DNA from: Podarcis muralis
Lineage: Eukaryota
NCBI RefSeq assembly: GCF_964188315.1
Contig: NC_135666.1
Location: 23,312,001 to 23,376,000, forward strand
Direction of reading: 5' to 3'
Length of the DNA: 64,000 bases
Shown here: in pieces, positions 59,043 to 64,000 of the stretch
How positions within the stretch are numbered: position 1 is the stretch's first letter
How the letters are laid out: each line of letters starts with the position of its first letter
Program-made: the position numbers and the translations under genes
Notes under the pieces: generated by a model
What the model saw: only the letters and a program-made list of their open reading frames with translations
The model's database searches: none
What the model was told of the DNA's origin: nothing

Positions 59043-61336
59043 GTTTTAATTCCCATTATCCCTGACCATTGGACCTACTTGAGTGGGTTTGATGGCAGTT
59101 ATAGCCCAAAATGCACTCCTTTATTTCCAACCCAAGTTCCTCTTCTCCTTCTTCAGTCTCTACTTGGGCAAGATGTTATCTGCTCCCATGCTCAAAGATA
59201 AATATTTTGCCCTTATGGCATCTGGGCATAAGATGGAGGAAAATGCTAAGAAGAGTGAAAGTTGAATACAAAACCTCTCTTCCACCACCACACCCCAAGC
59301 TCTCTCTGCATACTTCTTTGTGCAAACACAGCACATAAATTGACTTTGGTCTCTACAGCTTCAGCTCGTCTGTTTTTTGCCTTATGGGGCCTATAGTTGG
59401 GAGTCCTGCATTTACACTGGTTCCCATGTTTCTGTCTCTGCTCACACAGTATTTTTGCAAATACTGTACTTTGCTATTCTATCTCTTGGTAGTCTTAAAG
59501 ATGCAGACTAGTATTTGCTGCAGTAGCACACTCTATCCTCCAGACCTATCTTAACACACCATTATAGACAGACATAAAAAGCTTATTGCAAGACTTACCA
59601 ATCCTAGAGTTCTTCCTGCGGCAAAGGCGTTCAGGATCACTTGAGAAGATACACAGGGCTGCATGCAACTCCTAAGGATGGCCCAGTCCTTTTTATGCCT
59701 GTTTTGGACAGAAATCCAAATGCAAGGGTTATACTCCGTATGTGATTAGTTACATCCAAACGGTAGAATGCCATGTTATCAAATATGTTGACCTGTCTGC
59801 AAGTTTTATTCAAAATGCTGGTAAGGGACTGAGGAGCCTAAATAAAGCTTAGGGTTGATCTACCCTGGCACTTGAGGCCTTCATGGGCAATGGGAGCTTA
59901 ACTCCCTTCCTAAGGGAATGCGGTGGTCCACAATTCTGCCACCTTAGTTATCTGACAAGGTAACAGGCTTATTAGAAGTCAGAGCAGACCCAAGTCGCAC
60001 TCCTAGCAGGCAGAAGCATGTCTATGACAAGTATAGGTCAGGTTTTTCTCATACCCACCCCACCATGACGGCCCAGTTCCTGTAGCCCATCTCCAGGATA
60101 CAAGGCTATCCTGAATGCTTTTGCCTTGCCCCTTCCGGTGATGCTAAAAGTCTTGTGCTAGTATGCATACAATCCTGCATTTTATGTATTTAAATTGATA
60201 ACTGTGGCTTGGCTTGATTTATTTCTTCATACATCCACACTTTCTCTGGCACAACATGAATGTTTTATTTCATACGATAAACAGTGGTTTCTAAGGTACG
60301 GTGAGAATGTAAAGGAACTAATAGGAGGGCACTAATAGGAGGTACATGCTACAATAAAAGAGTATATATTCCATTGTGGCCAAGTAACATATGCTCTTTT
60401 TTTTTTAGAGTTAATTACATCTCCCCCCCCCCCCCCCCCGTAACAGTCTTTGTCACTCATTACTGTTAAACTGCTCAGAGAGGGTGAGGACAACTCACTT
60501 TGTACCTCCTAGTTCTAAAAGCACATTCCAGACATGAGTAAGTCTTTATAAAATAAAACACTTTGATTTGCTAGGAAAACCCCTTGTCCTCTTTTCTTTC
60601 GTCTCTACCATGTGTTCAGTCATTTCTACTGTTTTATTTTGGGTGGTTTTAATTGGCAAACATGTTAATCTCAAAACCAGAAGGCTGCTTTTTATTAAAT
60701 TTGATCTTGACATCTAGATTTGTTTCGTAACACTTCTGTGGAATGACATAAGGCGGGAGACAAACTTGATCCCCACTGCAAGTGCCTAAAGAGAAGCTTA
60801 AGAGAAGACCTTCAACTGTAATATGGAGTCCTCCACCCATTAGGCCAGCTAAAGAAGAGCTTTGTGTTCATAGTAGCTGGGTGCATTGTATTGCTGCTTT
60901 GCAGAGAAGGGAGTCGGGGCATAACTTTCTGGCTACGCTGACATTAAACCTGTAAAGATGGTGGTGGTGCTGTGTTGATGCCATTCTGCTTCTGGAGCTA
61001 AGTAGGCCCAGCCCCTGTATGTATGTTTGCCTGGGTGGGAAACCCAGTGGGAATCACACAGAAGCTGCCAAGTATAACAAACATAAAAGGCTAAAACTGC
61101 AGAGACATGCTTCTTCAGTATCCGACAGATGGAGCACGACACTCGAGAGAAGGAAATCTTATTTTAAAACTCACAACTTTAAAAAGTTTGCAAAGTAGTG
61201 GGAAGCTGTGGCAAGAAGTCATGGCAATTCATGCAATGATCTAAATGAGCAGCTGGCACTTGAGCGCCACAGCCTGTAAATGTTTACATGTTTAGAAGAG
61301 TTAAGCACAATGCCTTACTGCACACATTTCCCCATA

Positions 61337-61553
61337 CAGTGGTACCTCTGGTTATGTACTTAATTCATTCCGGAGGTCCGTTCTTAACCTGAAACTGTTC
61401 TTAACCTGAAGCGCCACTTTAGCTAATGGGGCCTCCCACACTGCCACCACACGATTTCTGTTCTCAACCTGAAGCAAAGTTCTTAACCCAAGGTACTATT
61501 TCTGGGTTAGCGGAGTCTGTAACCTGAAGCGTATGTAACCCGAGGTACCACTG
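61337..61553 (-). mobile_element. Tigger-like MITE, family A, copy 7
   Basis: CAGTGGTACCTC TIRs; TA TSD. Confidence 0.92.
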
Positions 61554-61849
61554 TACTAGCCTGCCCATAAGAACGTAAGAGGAGGCTATGCGGTCGGGCC
61601 AGTGGCCCAGCCAGTCCGTCATCCTGTTGTTAACTGTGGCCAACCAGGTGCCTGTGTGAAGCCTGCAAGCTGGACATGAGCACAACAGCACTCGGTCCAC
61701 CTGTGATTCCCTGCATGATGCCACTGTGGCTAGCAGCTGTTGATAGGCTCATCCTCCATGAATTTGTCTAATTCTCTTTTAAAGCTCCTGAAGTTGGTGG
61801 CCATCACTGTCTCTTGTGGAAGTGAGTTCCATACTTTAACTACACACTT

Positions 61850-61993
61850 CGTAGACTTACAGAACTGTAGATTTGGAAAGGACCATCTAATCCAACCCCC
61901 CCTGCAATGTGGGGATCTTTTGCCCAACGTGGGACTTGAACCCATGACCCTGAGGTTAAGAGTCTCATGCTCTACTGACTGAGCTATCCCAGA
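61850..61993 (-). mobile_element. tRNA-Lys(CTT)-headed SINE with CR1-like tail
   Basis: Head tagctcagtcagtagagcatgagactcttaacctcagggtcatgggttcaagtcccacgttgggc closely follows tRNA-Lys-CTT, but the acceptor stem is broken. Confidence 0.82.
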
Positions 61994-62222
61994 TGCATAA
62001 GTACCTTTATTTTATCTGTTGTGAATCTTCAACATTCAGCTTCACTGGATTGTCCACAACTTCTAGTGTTACGGGGGGGGGGGGGACGGACTTACCTCTA
62101 TCCACTTTCTCTACGCCATGCATAACTTTATAACTGTATCATGCCATCTTTTACTTGCCTTATCTCTAAACTAAAAAGTCCCAAACACAGCAGCCTTTCC
62201 TTAAGAGAGGAACCTTTCCTTG

Positions 62223-62468
62223 AGAGACAGTGTGGTGTAATGGTTAAGAGCGGTAGTCTCGTAATCTGGTGAACCGGGTTCACTTCCCCGCTCCTCCACA
62301 CGCAGCTGCTGAGTGACCTTGGGCTAGTCACACTTCTCTCACAAGTCTCTCAGCCTCACTCACCTCACAGAGTGTTTGTTGTGGGGGAGGAAGGGAAAGG
62401 AGATTGTTAGCTGCTTTGAGACTCCTTAGGGTAGTGATAAAGCGGAATATCAAATCCAAACTCTTCTT
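62223..62468 (+). mobile_element. Squam3-like CORE SINE
   Basis: Nearly collinear with 28479-28788; short CTT tail. Confidence 0.82.
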
Positions 62469-64000
62469 AAGGGGAGTTGCTCTGTCCCCAGCTCTACAGA
62501 ACCCTTTTGAGTTGCGACAGCCAGAACCACAGGCAATTACGTTCCAAGTGTGGTCAAAGCTTAGATTAGCATAGAAGCACTACTACGAGTATTTCCCCCA
62601 CCCTTGTAAAGTAAAAGATCTGGAGGAGTACACTGGATCTTGTCACCTGGACTTCAACAGTGCTGTGAAATAAAGGTTTGTTTTGGTTTCATGCACGTAG
62701 ATACTGCACCTTTCAATCAAATAGTTTCCAAAGAAGCTCTCATCAGAAAGAAACACTAATCAAAATTAGCCCAGATCCTTACAAAATCAGACATAACTCA
62801 AAACAAGTAGGATCAGCAGTTAAAAGCAGTAGGTTAAAGCATTTTAAAAACTTTAAAAAAAAAAAAAAGCCTTGGAGAATTAAAAAAGGGTTAGACATCA
62901 GCTTCTTGGGGGTAAGCTACCGTTGTCAGAAACAGGATACTGAAGTTGATGAAATGCAGAGTTGGTTTGGTAACACATTTACTTCTGCCACCCAAATGAT
63001 AAGACATAAAACAGACCCTGTCAGGACTGCAACAAATTGCAGACAGACAGCTACTCAGGCCTGCCTATGTATTCCTAGGAGATGCCTCTTTCCCGTTTGC
63101 AGGCAATGCTTATGTCTCTCTTATGCCACAGATACCGGGCCAAAATTACTCCATGAATAGATATTCTCACCGTGCATTGTCCTGACAGACAAATTTAGGT
63201 CACAGCCACTTTAGGGGAAAGGTCGTGGCCCAAGGGCACAATGCCTTCTGTACACGTAGAAGGGTCCCGTGTTCAATCCTTTACAGTTCCAGCTTCAAGG
63301 GGCCCTGGTCATGGCAGGGCTGGGAAATAGATTTTGCCCTGCCAGCCAAGGATGACATTTTGTTGGCTAGAGGGAGCAGTGGTTTGATAAGCCATGGTAG
63401 CTTCATAGGAGCATCTCTGTCCTGCCAAAAAAAAAAAGGGGGGGGGGACTGAGGACCACAAATTGGGGAAAGGCTCCAGGCTAGATCCTTTGGCATAACC
63501 AGACATAGCTAGGAAAGAGCTGTGGAACCCTGGACAGCAGCTGCCAGTCTGTGATGACAATACCGAACTAAATGTCCCAAATTGACTCGGTGATTTGATT
63601 GCAGCTCTTAAGGAAAGGGAATATACTGCTGTATTTTATTTTACTTCATTTTTTGCTTTTTTACTACTTTACTTTAGTTTTAATGCATTATTTTTCCTCA
63701 AAGTCCTTTTGAGTCCCCTCTTCACCACTCCACAAATCCCATTAGTGTATTTTTTTACAGTGATGGGAAGATACCCCACTGAGAACAAACATTTAATCTC
63801 TTCTACTGTTCCATTACTTGCTTATTCACCCACCCACTTCTGAAAGAGATTTACGGAGCACTTTTAAAGTAAACCTTAGCATGTTACAACCCTGAGTACT
63901 GTGGTAACTTGCTAAACTTGACTGCCATAGCCACAGATGCTCTAGGAAAGACGAAAGAGATCTAGGCGGGGGGGGGGGGGACGCGAAACGGAGCTCTGAT

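Larger units (their letters stand above)
61567..62500 (-). mobile_element. CR1 LINE 3' portion interrupted by two SINEs
   Basis: (TAAGAACA)-type tail; minus-strand peptides VVKVWNSLPQETVMATNFRSFKRELDKFMED and LKERLLCLGLFSLE. Confidence 0.85.

Noticed and set aside
61922-61993. Possible tRNA-Lys(CTT) gene
   Set aside because: The 5' strand TCTGGGA cannot pair with the 3' GTTGGGC, there is no T-run terminator, and it continues into a SINE tail
57700-64000. Exons of a downstream neighbour gene (SPAG6 is adjacent in mammals, from memory)
   Set aside because: No recognisable coding exon found on either strand

Overview
Vertebrate genomic DNA from a squamate reptile; the SINE and MITE repertoire suggests a lacertid lizard (inference). 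The window holds most of PIP4K2A (PI5P 4-kinase type-2 alpha) on the + strand. Coding exons 2-10 all have GT-AG boundaries and join in frame to 1074 nt (357 aa + stop), followed by a probable ~3.2 kb 3' UTR with AATAAA at 57192. Exon 1 and the promoter lie upstream of the window. The ORF-track hits outside these exons are mostly LINE remnants, antisense SINE/LINE frames or chance ORFs. The non-coding DNA is dense with transposable elements: Sauria (Squam1), Squam2-like, Squam3-like and tRNA-Lys-headed SINEs; CR1, L2 and Bov-B fragments; Tigger-like, Tc2-like and hAT MITEs; and one solo LTR. I found no new protein-coding system. The most interesting observations are structural: a perfect 48-bp inverted duplication just upstream of exon 3; a 36-nt U2 snRNA retrofragment; a CR1>LTR>MITE nest with a sense TATA box; candidate microexon, poison exon and alternative terminal exon sites; inverted TE pairs around phase-0 exon blocks; two cases of target-site re-use; and three miR-30 seed matches. 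Family names and comparisons with human PIP4K2A come from recalled consensus features, not database searches. TE edges without a stated TSD are approximate.
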